NCBI RefSeq assembly: GCF_052425735.1
Contig: NW_027558470.1
Location: 1 to 64,000 of the forward strand
DNA length: 64,000 nucleotides
Direction of reading: 5' to 3'
Source: Oculina patagonica
Lineage: Eukaryota
Within the stretch, counting starts at the first letter, position 1. Each line of letters opens with the position of its first letter. Below the pieces are notes generated by a model. It was not told the DNA's origin and did no database searches. It worked only from the letters and a program-made list of their open reading frames with translations. This document shows, piece by piece, positions 26,301 to 40,800 of the stretch. Position numbers and translations under genes: made by a program.

Positions 26301-29300
26301 TTTGATGCAAAGAAATGTTCAAGCTTGTTTAAGAGTTGCTTTGTAGTGCCGTTTTAAGTTAAACGAAATTCTCCAGATAAGCGCCGCATCGGGACTGCGG
26401 CCCTTATTCGGGGGCGGCACTTATTAACTTTTTTGTCCCAAATGCGGTGCTTATTTGAGGGCGGCGGTTATTCGGGGGCGGCGTTTATTCGAGTAAATAC
26501 GGTATGTTAATAAAGGATAATGCAAATTACATAACGAATGACGTTGTTGACCTTTTGAATACTGTGCACCACCAGCTTCAAGATGGCACCTTTCATTATT
26601 TAGTATTTGCTTCATTATATCCAACTCATACATACTTTCGCATTTTCACTACAACCCTTGAAGAAAATGAAACGCACACAAGCGAAGTTTGATACTCGTG
26701 GCCACTCGGCTTCTTTGTTCACTATGACAAAAAATGCTAAAGTACTAGTTAATGAGAAATACCGTAAGGAACGTTTTCGTGCGAGAGGTCACAATTATAA
26801 CTTGTCCCTAAACCGATGAACAAACAGATTATTCAAGTCATTCGAATGGATGAATGTTTCCAGCGAGTGGAAATTAATTATTTTTTACCAAACGGGCGAC
26901 CAAGTCGTTCAAACGAGTGGACATTAATTATTTTTTTACCGAACGGGTGACCAAGTCGTTCGAACAAGTGGACATTTTTCCTGAACGGGCGACCAAGTCG
27001 TTCGAACGAGTGGATGTGTTTACTAAACGGTTGACCGAAGTCGTTTGAACGAGTGAAAATTTTTTCAAACGGCTAACAAACAGGTTGTAAACAGGATCCC
27101 GTTTAGAAACAGAAAGTCGTTAGTGTAAGTTTTTGCATGAAAGGTCACAATTGCTATATTAGAGCACTGAATCTGTTAACTAGCATTATTGGCTGCGGAT
27201 GAAAACGGATTGCAATTTGAAAACGTTAGGCAAACGTTTTCAAATTGTTTCCGTGCGTCTTCAAAAAATCGATATTTGTAGCCTAAGCTTGACTTCTATC
27301 TGCAAATTTTGATTATATCTTCCTTTAGATGTTCAAAGATATTGTTTTGTTTTTTTTATGGGTTTAGTTGCCTTCCACTAATTTCAGAACAGTTTAGACC
27401 AAAACTCTGAAATCTCTGTGACACAGTCCCTTTAAGCCAACATTATTTTCACCTTGCCCTATTAACTATTGTAGTGTGTCTGTGAAAGATCACTTACTCA
27501 ATATCCCCTTTTGTGCTGGTTAAGTATAGACTAACATATTTCCTGTTAAATTCAGGGGGCGAAATAGTCCCTTAAAAGTTAAAACAAGCCATGTGAGTAT
27601 GAGCAATGACGTGTTGGATGTTTGCTTAATTACAGCAATCAACTGAGTGATCCATCAAGCAGTGAAATTTCCCACTTCTAACAAAATTGTTCTTTGCTTG
27701 AACTTGGTGCAAAAAATGCAAAACAGTCTAACACCGACTTTCAATTGCACAGTGAGTACAGACACTGGTTTACTATTATACATACCGCTTGATAAGCTGT
27801 TGTTCAAATGGATTGAGGGACTTCTGAACTTCTTGAATGCCAACAGTACTCCAACTTGGGCGGTTTCTGTAGCTTTCTATCAGCAAATAGGCTGCTTCCC
27901 CTCCTCTACGTTTGTTGAATAAGATGAGTCGAGTCAGTGTCACCTCTGCCAGTGTTGTCCAGGTAGTGCTTGCTTCTGCGCCATTGACTTTTGTCGTTAG
28001 CGATTTTATCTCTTCTATTTGGAATTTTCTTAGTTGCACCAAGTCTGATGTCAGAGGGAGAAACTCTGGTTTTTTGAATTTCCTTTCGCCAAGTGTATGC
28101 AGAGCAGCTGAAGAGACTTTTCTTGCCCATTCAGAATCATGGAGCTCAAGATACGAGTTTACATCCTCTTTTAACCGTGCGTCTTTTCTGCGAAGAGCAA
28201 ATCCCCTGATGATGGCAGCACATTTACGCAAGTTATTGCCAAGTTTGAGGGCCAGTGATGGAATGCCGATTGTGGCAGGATTTCCACTTTCTGGAAACTG
28301 ATAACTGCAGACACTTCTTACTGCCTCGATAATCAAATCGAATTTTCCAGGTTTTATGAAACTGGACAAAGGCTCTTTTGATTTTTCACGTCTTCTCAGC
28401 TCACTCAGCAAGCGTGCAACTTCTCGCATTCTCTGAGAAACGTAAGTTGTTTTATCCAACCCCACACTCTCAAGAATAGATTCGCCAAAGGTCAGAATAA
28501 CTTCATCAGTCCTAACAATTTCTGTGATGTTATCTTGTTGCATTATTTTTAGGACACTACCTATTAGTTCTTTTCCTGCATTTCTCGGAGTCACTGGGTT
28601 GGCCAGAAGCATTGCACTCTCACCCCTTAAGTACCTACTGTTGATCGCTTTGTCCTTTTGCTTAAAAGGGCATTTTTTAGCATGCTTTGTAAGATCTTTC
28701 TTCCTAATGAATCCAAGGCAATAGGGGCAGGGCAGAAACTCTGAAGCATCTCGCTCACACTCCTCTCGAGATGGCCGACGGACAACTTTAAGTTCTCCTT
28801 TTCCTAAGCAGAGAACTTTTCGATTATGATAGAAGTTCCCAAGTAGCCTGAGCTTTTCAAAAGCTAATCTCCTTTGCTTTGAATTTAGTCGAAGAGTCAT
28901 AGCCTTTGCAACCTCTGGCTGCTTATCATGGCAGTTCTCCAAATGCCTGGCAAGTTTTGACACTTCATGTTGACAATAAAAGCAAGACTGCTTTTTGTTG
29001 TACCGCCTGTTCTTCTTGTCCTTTTTGGGTGTCACATCCTGAACATAAACTGACCAGGATTGAAAAGAATTAGTAGAGCTATCGCAAATAAAGTTAAATA
29101 ATAAATATCCAAATGTCAAATTTCTGGCAATAAGATTGTGAATGACATGTTGCTTCCCCTTCTAAGGCTTCACAAATGAGAGGTCCTGCAAGCTTTTGAA
29201 GTAAGGTATGATGGTCCACCCCAAATCATGCCTATCTAAACTAGTGAGGGGGGGGGGGGGGGTGAACAAAAGGAAAAAACGTTAAAGAATTAAGACCTAG

Positions 29301-29931
29301 TTTGCACACTTCACTTTAGTTTATGGTCTGTATCAAATTATAATCAATCAACCATTACATGTGTTTTTTTTCAATATATGTAAAGTACAGTAAAAATGTT
29401 CACTGGCTTAAAATATTAAAAAGAATAAGAGCTTCGACAGATAAGAATGGAAGGCAAGATGAAAAAATAAGAAAAAAACAAAAGCGAAGAAAGAATGTGC
29501 AAATTAGGTGACTGTGTTTTAAAAAGAATACAATACTGGTTTGGAATCGGCTTAGAATTATTGTTAGCATGCTTAATAGCTGAGGTGTGCCAAGCCTCCA
29601 AAGTTTTTCTAATGCGAAAAGAGCTTTTGTAGCTGACGCCAGAAATGTCCAAGTCTATGCGATGGTCGGATGACCATGCACATTTCGCAATGTTTGGCCA
29701 TTAGCCCAGGTTTTGACATTCCTGATATGTTCTTTCTTGCGAGTTTCAAAGCACTGGCTGGTTTCACCTACATAGCACCAACCACAACCGGCACAGGTAT
29801 TTTATTAACCACTTTTGGTTGATGTTCAATAGATGGTCTGAATTTGGGAGATGTAAACTCCTGTTGTAAAGTCTTGAAGGGCTTATTAATAACTTGAATG
29901 TCGTGCCTTAAATAATAATAATAACAAAAAC

Positions 29932-29968
<37 letters not shown>

Positions 29969-30528
29969 GATTTTATTTATACACCATAAATGTGTTGCAG
30001 CATAGCTGATGTGGTCGTGTTTACCAATCTTTGAAGAATTCTTTCTAGATGGTTACGTGACACAATGTTGAAAGGAAGGACAGCGTAACTGTTAGAATGT
30101 TCATTCCATTTTATCCATCGACGGCTGTAGAGCAACAGCCGAAAGCTCATACTCTTTTAAGCCAGTGAATTTTTTTTACTGTAGTTTTTTATCCCACATC
30201 TATTATACTCTTGTACTAGTAGCATACTGGCAACAACAGATGGAGAGTTTTCCATCATATGGAAACAGATTCCTCTGCAATCTGTGTGATTCAGTAATAA
30301 TTTCTGCCATTCTGCAAATGTTTGCAATCACAGAGAGCCAGCTTTTGGCATAAAAATAAGAATCTCTGATTTATCTTTATGCAAATAAAAAAAGAGCCAA
30401 TGTAATGACAAAACAGCATAAAGCTTTGTTCCATCTGGCAGAAAACCTTTGACATTATAAATGATCAAGCTCAAACAGAATCTCACCTCTATCTACTTCA
30501 TCATCATCCTTATCAGTGCTGGAATTGC

Positions 30529-30559
<31 letters not shown>

Positions 30560-33500
30560 GTCATCGTTTTCATCATTGTCATCGTCATCATAATCGTCGT
30601 CATCATCATCATCATTGTCGTCATCATCAACATCATTGTTGACGTCATAGCCAACACCATGCTTATTTTGCCTGCTCAAACCTGGCTGCATGAAAAATGA
30701 ATAAACTTTTTGGAAGGACTTCTTTAACTCTTAGTGGTTGTTTTAAAAATCTGTAGAGAGAGGGAGAGGGAGAGAGAGAGAGAGGGAGAGAGAGAGAGGA
30801 GGGAGGGAAAGAACCCATTGCCCTGGCCCTGTTTCTGCGACCTGCAGCAAAAAAGCACCAGCACAGGTTTTTGTGCAGAACTCTAGAAAAAAATTCCAGG
30901 ATGCTGACTCACAATTATCTTTTATAGCCCCAAAATTCTTGAACAACTCATTGTTTTGGAGTTATATTTGGCAATTAACATGCGCTCATTCTTATTCAAT
31001 AATCCTTATCCAATGCAGAAAAAAGCGATCAATAAATGTATTTCTGTGACATGCATACTGTCCTGTATTAATACTTACTAGTGCATTTGGTATGACTTTG
31101 TTTGAATCTTCTGCATCAGATTGTACAATCCTTTCAACTATTTTTGATATACCTCCAAAACCTTCATCGTCATCATCATCGTCATCAAATAGCTTTTTTG
31201 CTGAAGATTTCTTGAAGACTAAAGAACAGGATGATAGCACAGTTTAGAGCACACGAATTTTAAGCAACAAGACATTATGGCTGAGCCTTTTTTTGAAGCT
31301 TATCGATCTTAACAGATTAAAATCAAAATTCCTTGCGAAACATTATAAAATTATGTTAACGCAATATAGAACAGCTGCTTATATCAATAAGCTGTGACAA
31401 AAACAATCAAACATTTAGCCACAACTAATACATATATTTTATTAAAGAATATTGTGTGAATCAACATAAGTCGGTAAATATATGTTTAGTTGAAATAATA
31501 ACAACATTCATTTGTTTGGTTAAAAACATGCATTATAACGGTTGGTGTGATATCTCTAGGTTTTTACCGACCTTATTAAATGTACAGTAGATGTAGATGC
31601 AAGTGACCAAACAACGAAAATGATGTCACAAAATGTGCATGTATGATAGTGAAAACTGAAATAAAGCCATTGTTTACACACCCTGAAATTAACAACTGGC
31701 AAAAAGTATTTTGTGTCTGTCCAGTCATTGATTATGAATTTGGTAATAACATTATCAAGGTCACTGTGGATCATCCAGGTGTGGCTGAATGGATCCACAG
31801 ACTACTTTGACCATGATATGTACAACCAAAATCACAATGAATAACTGGTCAGAACGATGTATTAATCCTGTTAGTTGTGGTATATTTTACAATAACAATA
31901 AACAAATGATCAAGCATACATCTTTGTCTGTGCTTAATCTAGACAAGAATCACACAAACACATCGGCATGGATTTCTTTTTGCAGTATGGTTTCCTACAT
32001 ACCTCTCTGGGCAATGGCTTTTCTTGAACTTGATGACAACCCTGTTTTATTAAAACAAGGAAATGTTTACTTAGTAGTCAACAACAGTTATTATGCGTGT
32101 GCCAGCTGTTACCAAATGAGAATAAAACGTCAAGGGATTGGTTAAACAAATCAAACTTGTTTATGTCTGACTGGATTTCTCAGAATATGGCTGCATGAAA
32201 TATCCCTTTATTTATGTAGTTCCGCCTTTAAAAAAATAAATAAAAAACTTCCGAACTCGTGTAGCATGCCTAGCATGGAGAATGTACTAGTCCATTGCGA
32301 ATATATAGGATTTTTCTTCTTTGCTCACCCCCTAACATATTTATCTATTGAAAGTTGGAAGTTGGAACAAGCCACAAAACCAAATTTCTGTGAGAAGCAT
32401 CTCCAATGCTTGCTGAATCAGAATGCCTCACTATATAGTTCACTCGAAAACCTTCTCAAACCTCCAATCTTGCATTTCCCAGAAATTTTTCAAATTTTAT
32501 ACAGCTGTTTTGTATGAATCTCCTTCCATGTGAATTTCAAGGTTATGCAATCTTTTTGCATCGATTTTTGCTGCTGTGCCACATTGGGATAATAAGCAAC
32601 TCTGTGACTGATCTCAAAAAAATCGCGAAATTAAAGTGACACAAACGATAAGTGTCGCAAACATAACATGACGCGAAAATTAAGTGACTCACATTATGCC
32701 AACAATCAAGAAAAAATAAGTTGAGTACCACTGAAGAAGGAATTTTCAATGTAAATGGATGTTGTGGTCAATTGACTCAAGAACAATAACTCATGCATGT
32801 ACAAACATGACCTACTTGTAGACATTGTGGGAACTGCTCTGTTGTTGCTATTGCAGAGAATTAGTCCCACCCTTGCGTTTTTGTTAATTTTGACATTTAT
32901 TGTTCCTTTGATGAAGTCTTTTTATTTAATTTAAGGGTATGTTTAATGGTATTGCCAAGGAAATGTAAATTGTGTCGTACTCAAAAACGCGAAATTAAAG
33001 TGATTCAAAATACAAAATTTTCGCAATATCACGAAATTTAAGTGTCGCAAAATATGCCACCTCAAAATCGCGAAATTAACATGTCGCGAGAATTTCATGT
33101 AATAAGGTATAACCGCGCTTTTAGAAATTAACTTCATTTTTGCTTTCTTCTTGAAAAGTCATGGTTAAATTAAATATGTTTGTACTATGAGTGAAAGACT
33201 AGCAAAGCAGGGTTGTCATTGCGTTCGACGGTAGGAGAACGCATCCTAATCTTGCGGTGGTCTGTGGTCCTGTGGTTGTCCTGTGAACGCGCAAGCGAAA
33301 GTGGTTCTATGTGTTGTATTATGTATGTATGTCGGTATGTGGCAAGTTGGCCTCGATCTCACGTGATTAGACATTAGAAAGCAATCAATTGCGTCACAAC
33401 AACGTCAACAAAGACAGCGCACGCAAAAACAATTCATGAAGCCGATAACGCTAGGATGTAGACAATTTTTGTGTTCGACGGTCTACAGGAGAACAAATTC

Positions 33501-34820
33501 AAATCTTGTGGTGGTATGTCGCGAGAATTTCATGTAATAAGGTATAACCGCGCTTTTAGAAATTAACTTCATTTTTGCTTTCTTCTTGAAAAGTCATGGT
33601 TAAATTAAATATGTTTGTACTATGAGTGAAAGACTAGCAAAGCAGGGTTGTCATTGCGTTCGACGGTAGGAGAACGCATCCTAATCTTGCGGTGGTCTGT
33701 GGTCCTGTGGTTGTCCTGTGAACGCGCAAGCGAAAGTGGTTCTATGTGTTGTATTATGTATGTATGTCGGTATGTGGCAAGTTGGCCTCGATCTCACGTG
33801 ATTAGACATTGGAAAGCAATCAATTGCGTCACAACAACGTCAACAAAGACAGCGCACCCAAAAACAATTCATGAAGCCGATAACGCTAGGATGTAGACAA
33901 TTTTTGTGTTCGACGGTCTACAGGAGAACAAATTCAAATCTTGTGGTGGTATGTGATCCAGTGGCTGTCCAGTGAAAGTCGTTTACTGTGTCGTTCTATG
34001 TATCTTGGTATGTGGCAGGTTGGCTAATTAATGACGTCGCAGTTTATCAAGTTCGTTATCAAGTTCTTTGCGAGAGACCCTGGGAACGAGGTTGATTCGT
34101 TCTAACGATCTTCTTTGGTTTGTGTTTTGGAGTTTGCCCTGTAAGTTGTACTGAAAAATAAACGTTTCGGCAGTCCTCCTTTTAACAGAAGTAAAAAATT
34201 GCTGTGCTTCCTCGTGCACTGTTGGATTGAGATTGCTTCTCTGATAGTTTCAAGTGATATTGGATGCGCGCTTTATGTTGCACACGCGGTCGTTTTTAAA
34301 TTTGTATAACGATATAAACAGTCGTGTAACTCGAATTACGTTTGCTAGCCTCATCTTGGGCAACTATCTTGGGTCGAACGCACTCCCCTAATCTCTGATT
34401 ATTACTAATAATAATAATAATAATTTAATACTTATTCAGCGCAAATTAGCATATCAAATGCGCCTACATCAAGTTAATTTAAAAACTTAAAAAGAAGAAA
34501 ACAAACAAATTTACAAATATCATATAAAGATATATAAGAATACAATTAAAAACGTTCCTAGTATAAAAATCGAAAACTAACGGTAACCGGCGCATTTCAC
34601 TGGCTATTCCGAATACTGTGCTGGCTGGCACTTGGAATATCAGTAGGTCAGTTTTGAGGGTGCGTTATCAAGTTCTCAAAAAGCCGCTGACAACCCTGGC
34701 AAGTGTTCACGTGAGTCACACTCCGAGATTTACGGCTGTTTTTAGCTTGGTGTTTTTTCCCTACTAATGACGCAACCCCAATTGTTTATCGCAGCAAATA
34801 TTTAATTTTCCTTCTCAAAC

Positions 34821-34855
<35 letters not shown>

Positions 34856-37800
34856 TATAACCGTGACGGTGGTTTGGAAACCCGATCTTCATTAGCATAG
34901 ATTTTTACGATTTTATTTCTCCGTTTACTCCGTAGTTTTTGTTTCGATTGAGAAGATATATCAAACACTCGAGACAGTGTTTCATCAGCTATCCAAACAC
35001 CTCGAATTTCGTCAAAAATACTCCGCTGCGCGTCGTATTTTCAACTCTCTTCTCGGTGTTTGGATATCCCGATGAAACACTGCCTCTCGTGTTTGATATA
35101 TTACTTCAAATCTCTGAACTCACTTTGATGAAACAGCCAAAGAATTCACTTTATAATTGCCTAGATCCACAAGAAATACTCGCAGAAAGTAATCATTGAC
35201 CGTCGCTTCTGGCACTAAACTTGCAAAGTAAACACAATCTTATTTTTCATGTATACGTAGTGAAAGTGAAAGCTGAACATCAGCAAATTCCATGGCTGAC
35301 TTAATACCTTTTTTAGTGTATTCAATATTTGCTTTGAATCCAACACTTCGATGAAACCAAAAGAAAATAAACTTTATACACAATAAAAAAACAATATCCG
35401 TAACATTTTGTGTACATTTATGTTTTAACAGCTTTTGGCGAATAAACATCACAGGCAGGTTGCGCTGATTGAAAGTCCTGATCAGAATTTGCCTGAGCGG
35501 AGGTTTGGGTCTGGTCATGCACCGACAAAAAACATAATAATAAGAAGAAATGCTGTGCAGAGCAAGAACCATGCTCGGCCCACGGCCACATGTTTAATTA
35601 GTGTTTAATGAGTCTTTATTATCTGATAAAGACACAGCTAAACTCTACATCCAATTTTTTCCAGGCCAAAATAACACCAAATCTAAATGTTAGTGCAAGA
35701 ATGAGTTGATCTACATTTAAAGATTTTGAAGCCGTTTAATAAATTTGCAGTTTGTGTTTTATCAAGCGTAAAACACTTAGTGGCGCCTTGTGTTTTAAAC
35801 TTGATAAAATGCTGCTGCATTTATTAAACATACCTTAAAAATTTTCAAACCAAAAATATTGTGCAAGCATGTACAGACAAAAAAAAAAATATCCTGCACA
35901 GCTGGGAGAATGTAAACATAAAATAGAGCAGCAAACATTTCTGCACCCCGACCCCCCCCCCCCCCCCAAATAAAAAATCTAATATATAGTATTGAAAATA
36001 TGTGAAATGATGTATTGCAATCATATTGGGCCTGTGCATGTATACATTACAAGCACTGTTGCCAGCTCACATATATGCAGCCATCCATGACTGGACACAG
36101 GCCAGGAGAGTGATGGAAAATGCTGCCTTTCTAATCTATAAAATCTTTAAATTAGCCTTACCTGCACCATTAACAGAAAATTCAGACTTGTTTGTGTCAC
36201 TGTCTTCATTTGGCGTGGAAACTTAAGAAGAGACAGATAATATTACCTGATCAGACATTAGTAAGATTGCATACCATATTTTTTATTATAATGCAAGTAA
36301 AAATTAAGACTGCAGCTGTAAATTAATACAGTAGAACCCCTATTAAGTGGCCACCCTCTATTAAACAGCCAGTTGTCAAAGTCCTGAAACTATTGTCAGT
36401 ATAATACTGTAGATAAATCCTTTATTTAGCGGCCACCTCTATTAAGTGGCCGCAGTCACCTTTTGGCTGTCCAGAAGAGCGTTCTTCTATTGTTTATTCA
36501 ATTGTTTATTCCTCTTATTTAGTGGCCAGCAAGACTGGCCACTAAATAAGAGGAAGGGTCTGTCAGACCTTGTCTTCAACAAGGTCTGACAGACAAGAGT
36601 CTAGAATAGAAAGTAACTACGAAAAAATTATTCAAACACAAGTTTGCTACCATCTTCATGTGATTCCATGATTACTTTTTATGCTATTTTGTATTAAAAT
36701 AAAGTGGACTTTCCAAAAAGCCTAATGGTGATTTCTGACTAACCCCTATAAAGCGGCCAAACTCTCATTTCCCCAAGGGTGGCCAGTTAATGGGGGTTCT
36801 ACTGTAAAAATCCAATTCGAAAAGAGAATTTCACTTCCATTAGTACATGTACCTGAAGGCAATGAAGACAACACTGAATGTGAACAATTCTTGCAAAAGT
36901 ACACAGGAGGTGAAAAGTCATCTTCCTCATGTACAGCTGAGCATGATGGAAAAGTGCAGATAACCTTTCTGCACTTAATACAGGAATGTTTATATACCAC
37001 TTCCCGGGAACACGTGTAGCAGCTGTTGCCTGCAGTTGCTGTCTGATCATGAGCTATGATAATACCAGAATTAAGTCAAATTAATTCATTACTGAACACA
37101 GGATTTTGTTCTAGAAAGGAAACAAACATAATCTTAATACATATACCATAACTATATAGAAAATTATCCCAATAGCAAAAGATAAGTTGAAAAGGTGAGT
37201 CAATTGATACCTCTTCCGTTATTGGCATAATACAAACTTTAAAAATACATAAATGTAAACTAGGTACATATGTATTTCATGTAGCATAACGAACAGTACT
37301 GCATGAACAGCATTGCTTTGTGGCGAACATTCAGATACTCCTTTAATTGTTAAACACGGAGCGAGCCTATAAATTAAAGCACTTTCATTGTTGGCTTCAA
37401 TTTTAAAAAAGATAATTTTAACCAAGATAACAAAAATTAGCGATATGTGCATAGAGTTGTTTGTAACAGTGTCTTGTAAAGGCAGAGGAGCTGAGAGAGG
37501 TAACATAAGTACCGTAAAAACCCGCAGATAAGCCGCACCTTTTTTTCCAAAAATTTTCGCTCGAAAGCAGGGGTGCGGCTTATCTGTGGGTGCGGCTTAT
37601 CCACGGGTATTTACGGTAAGTTTTCAGTATTGGTTTATTTTTAATTAAAATTTTTAACCAAGATTACATAAATTAGTGGGTATGTGCATATATAACTTGC
37701 CTTTAGCAGTGATGGAATTCTCACCAGAGTTGTTTGTGACAGTGTCTTGTAAAGGCGCAGGAACTGAGAGCAATCACACAAGTTAGTTCAGTATTGGTTT

Positions 37801-40800
37801 ATTTTAAATTGAAGTTTTCAACCAAGATAACAAAAATAGCGATATGTGCATAGAGTTGTTTGTGACAGTGTCTTGTAAAGGCGCAGGAACTGAGAGAGAT
37901 CACACAAGTTAGTTCAGTATTGGTTTATTTTAAATTGAAGTTTTCAACCAAGATAACAAAAATAGCGATATGTGCATAGAGTTGTTTGTGACAGTGTCTT
38001 GTAAAGGCGCAGGAACTGAGAGAGATCACACAAGTTAGTTCAGTATTGGTTTATTTTAAATTGAAGTTTTCAACCAAGATAACAAAAATAGCGATATGTG
38101 CATAGAGTTGTTTGTAACAGTGTCTTGTAAAGGCAGAGGAGCTGGGAGAGATAACACAAGTAAGTTTTCAGTATTGGTTTATTTTTAATTAAAATTTTTA
38201 ACCAAGATAACATAAATTAGTGGGTACGTGCATATAACACTTGCCTTTAGAAGTGATGGAATTCTCACCAGAGTTGTTTGTGACAGTGTCTTGTAAAGGC
38301 ACAGGAACTGAAAGAGATCACACAAGTTAGTTTTCAGTATTGGACTATTTTTAATTCGTTTTTTAACCAAGAATATAACATAAATTAGCAGTATGTGCAT
38401 ATACTAGTTGTACCTATCAGTACGTGCCAACAAGCGAAATACTCTTTGTTCATAAGAACAGATACTGAATGGTTTTCAATAAACTATATTTGTTTGAAAT
38501 GACCAAATTATGGTAAATTGTATTTTAGGTAACATGCGAAAAAAGTGCTATTATTTTCTCTGGTTTTCGAATGGTGGCCCCAGTTGAGTTCGTTTCACTG
38601 TAACAGTGAGCCGCGTGGACGCCATTTTGGTAATTTGCTCTTTAGCAAGGAGTGAGAGACTGGGAGCCAGTTGGGAAGAACAATACAACCCAAATATGGG
38701 GTTTACTTACACCCAAATATGGTTAAAAAATAGTCCCTTACGCACAATTTGAGATTTTTTTCAGTTATACACCCACGGCTCTATGATTCCGCTGCTGAGT
38801 CAGCCTCGCCTCTTGGCTCGGCTGCCTCATTGGCAATAACTTGCCTTTAGCAGTGATGGAATGCTCATCAGGGTTGTTTGTGACAGTGTCTTGTAAAGGC
38901 GCAGGAACTGAGAGAGATCACACAAGTTAGTTTTCAGTATTGCTTTATTTTTAATTGAAGTTTTTTAAACTTGAGATGACATAAATTAGCGGTATGTGCA
39001 TACAGTATGTAACTTGCCTTTAGCAGTGATGGAATGCTCATGAGAGTTGTTTGTGACAGTGTCTTGTAAAGGGGCAGCAGCTGAAAGAGATCGCACAAGA
39101 AAGTTTTCAGTATTGCATTATTATTAATGCAAGTGTTTAACCAAGAAAACATAAATAAACAGTATATGTGCATATGTAACTTGCCTTTAGCAGTGATGGA
39201 ATGCTCATCAGAGTTGTTTGTGACAGTGTCTTGTAAAGGCGCAGGAACTGAGAGAGATCACACGAGTTAGTTTTCAGTATTGCTTTATTTTTAATTGAAG
39301 TTTTTAAACTTGAGATGACATAAACTAGCAGTATGTGCATATGTAACTTGCCTTTAGCAGTGATGGAATGCTCATCAGAGTTGTTTGTGACAGTGTCTTG
39401 TAAAGGGGCAGCAGCTGAAAGAGATCGCACAAGAAAGTTTTCAGTATTGCATTATTATTAATGCAAGTGTTTAACCAAGAAAACATAAATAAACAGTATA
39501 TGTGCATATGTAACTTGCCTTTAGCAGTGATGGAATGCTCATCAGAGTTGTTTGTGACAGTGTCTTGTAAAGGCGCAGGAACTGAGAGAGATCACACAAG
39601 TTAGTTTTCAGTATTGCTTTATTTTTAATTGAAGTTTTTAAACTTGAGATGACATAAACTAGCAGTATGTGCATATGTAACTTGCCTTTAGCAGTGTCTT
39701 GTAAAGGCCTTTTGCGGCTAGTGCCAGTTCCTTTTGGATCAGGAATGTCTCAAGGACGTTTCAAAAACGAAATAAGCGCCCCCTTAAAATTAGCACCCCC
39801 CTCTCACCTTAGCAAATTAAGTGCCCAGGCACTATTTCAAGCATTTATGGCAATTAGCTCTATGAACTATATGTCTTGATCAAGAATCGTATACCTTTTT
39901 GGTTACGCCATGGAAGTCCTTGTACACCATAATCATAGCGTAACTCCTCACCAACTGCAATATCCTTAAGTGCATAGAGGGCCAAGTAAATCTTTGGACC
40001 TTCTTTAATTTTTCTCATAGCACAATTCGCCTTTCTTGATGGAGTATCATTAACCAGTCTCCCCAGTCCACTCGAAAATGAAGCATCCAAACTGTAAAAT
40101 CACAGCAATTTACATGTAGCATGTCAGAGCACAATAATACCAGAAACATGGCTATCATAAAAATGACATTATGGTGTTTAAACGTCCTTAAGGAAGCCAA
40201 TGTTCAATTTTTGCCAAAATACACCATTGATAATGATAAAAATTAATATGACCAAATTTTAACTTTTTACCCGTCACTTAGTCACAAAGGTTACCATAGC
40301 AACCATTGACGTTTTCTTTTGTTCTCAAACAAGCTTGATTTTCTCGAAATCTACATTGACTCTTGGTATTCATTTTTTGATATCTTCAAGTATAGTAGAT
40401 TGACTAACTGTACACAAAATTTTAGGAAAATCTGTAAGAGCGTTTTAGAGTAAATTAAGAATGAAGTTTTTGGTATTTTCTTATAATTTCCTACAATCGG
40501 TAGTCGATATATTTAAACAAATTAAAGCAAAAAGTCTTTCGCTTTTAATTAATGGTCTTTAATGGTGTAAGTATCTCAGTGAGAGTAACTGCTCTCAAAT
40601 AACACAAAACAATTTAAAAGCGCCCATTTTATATTACCGTGATGATTCGATTAAGCGCCCTCCTTTCAATAAGCGCCCCCTTCCGAATAAGCGCCCCCCT
40701 TCGAATATGTTTTTGTCAATAAGCGCCCCTATTCCAATAAGCGCCCCCATTCTAACAAGTGCCCTCATTCTTATAAGTGCCCCTATTCTAATAAACGCCC

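Noticed and set aside
25478-29049. DIRS/Ngaro retrotransposon or bacterial/phage integrase contamination
   Set aside because: No RT/RNase H or gag nearby, and the YR is split by spliceosomal introns.
30461-30700. Poly-Ile membrane protein on the + strand
   Set aside because: Antisense of the Asp-rich exon 30487-30685.
37390-39750. CRISPR-like array or ORFs such as LYKTLSQTTL
   Set aside because: No unique spacers, eukaryotic context; the listed ORFs run through the repeat in non-coding frames.
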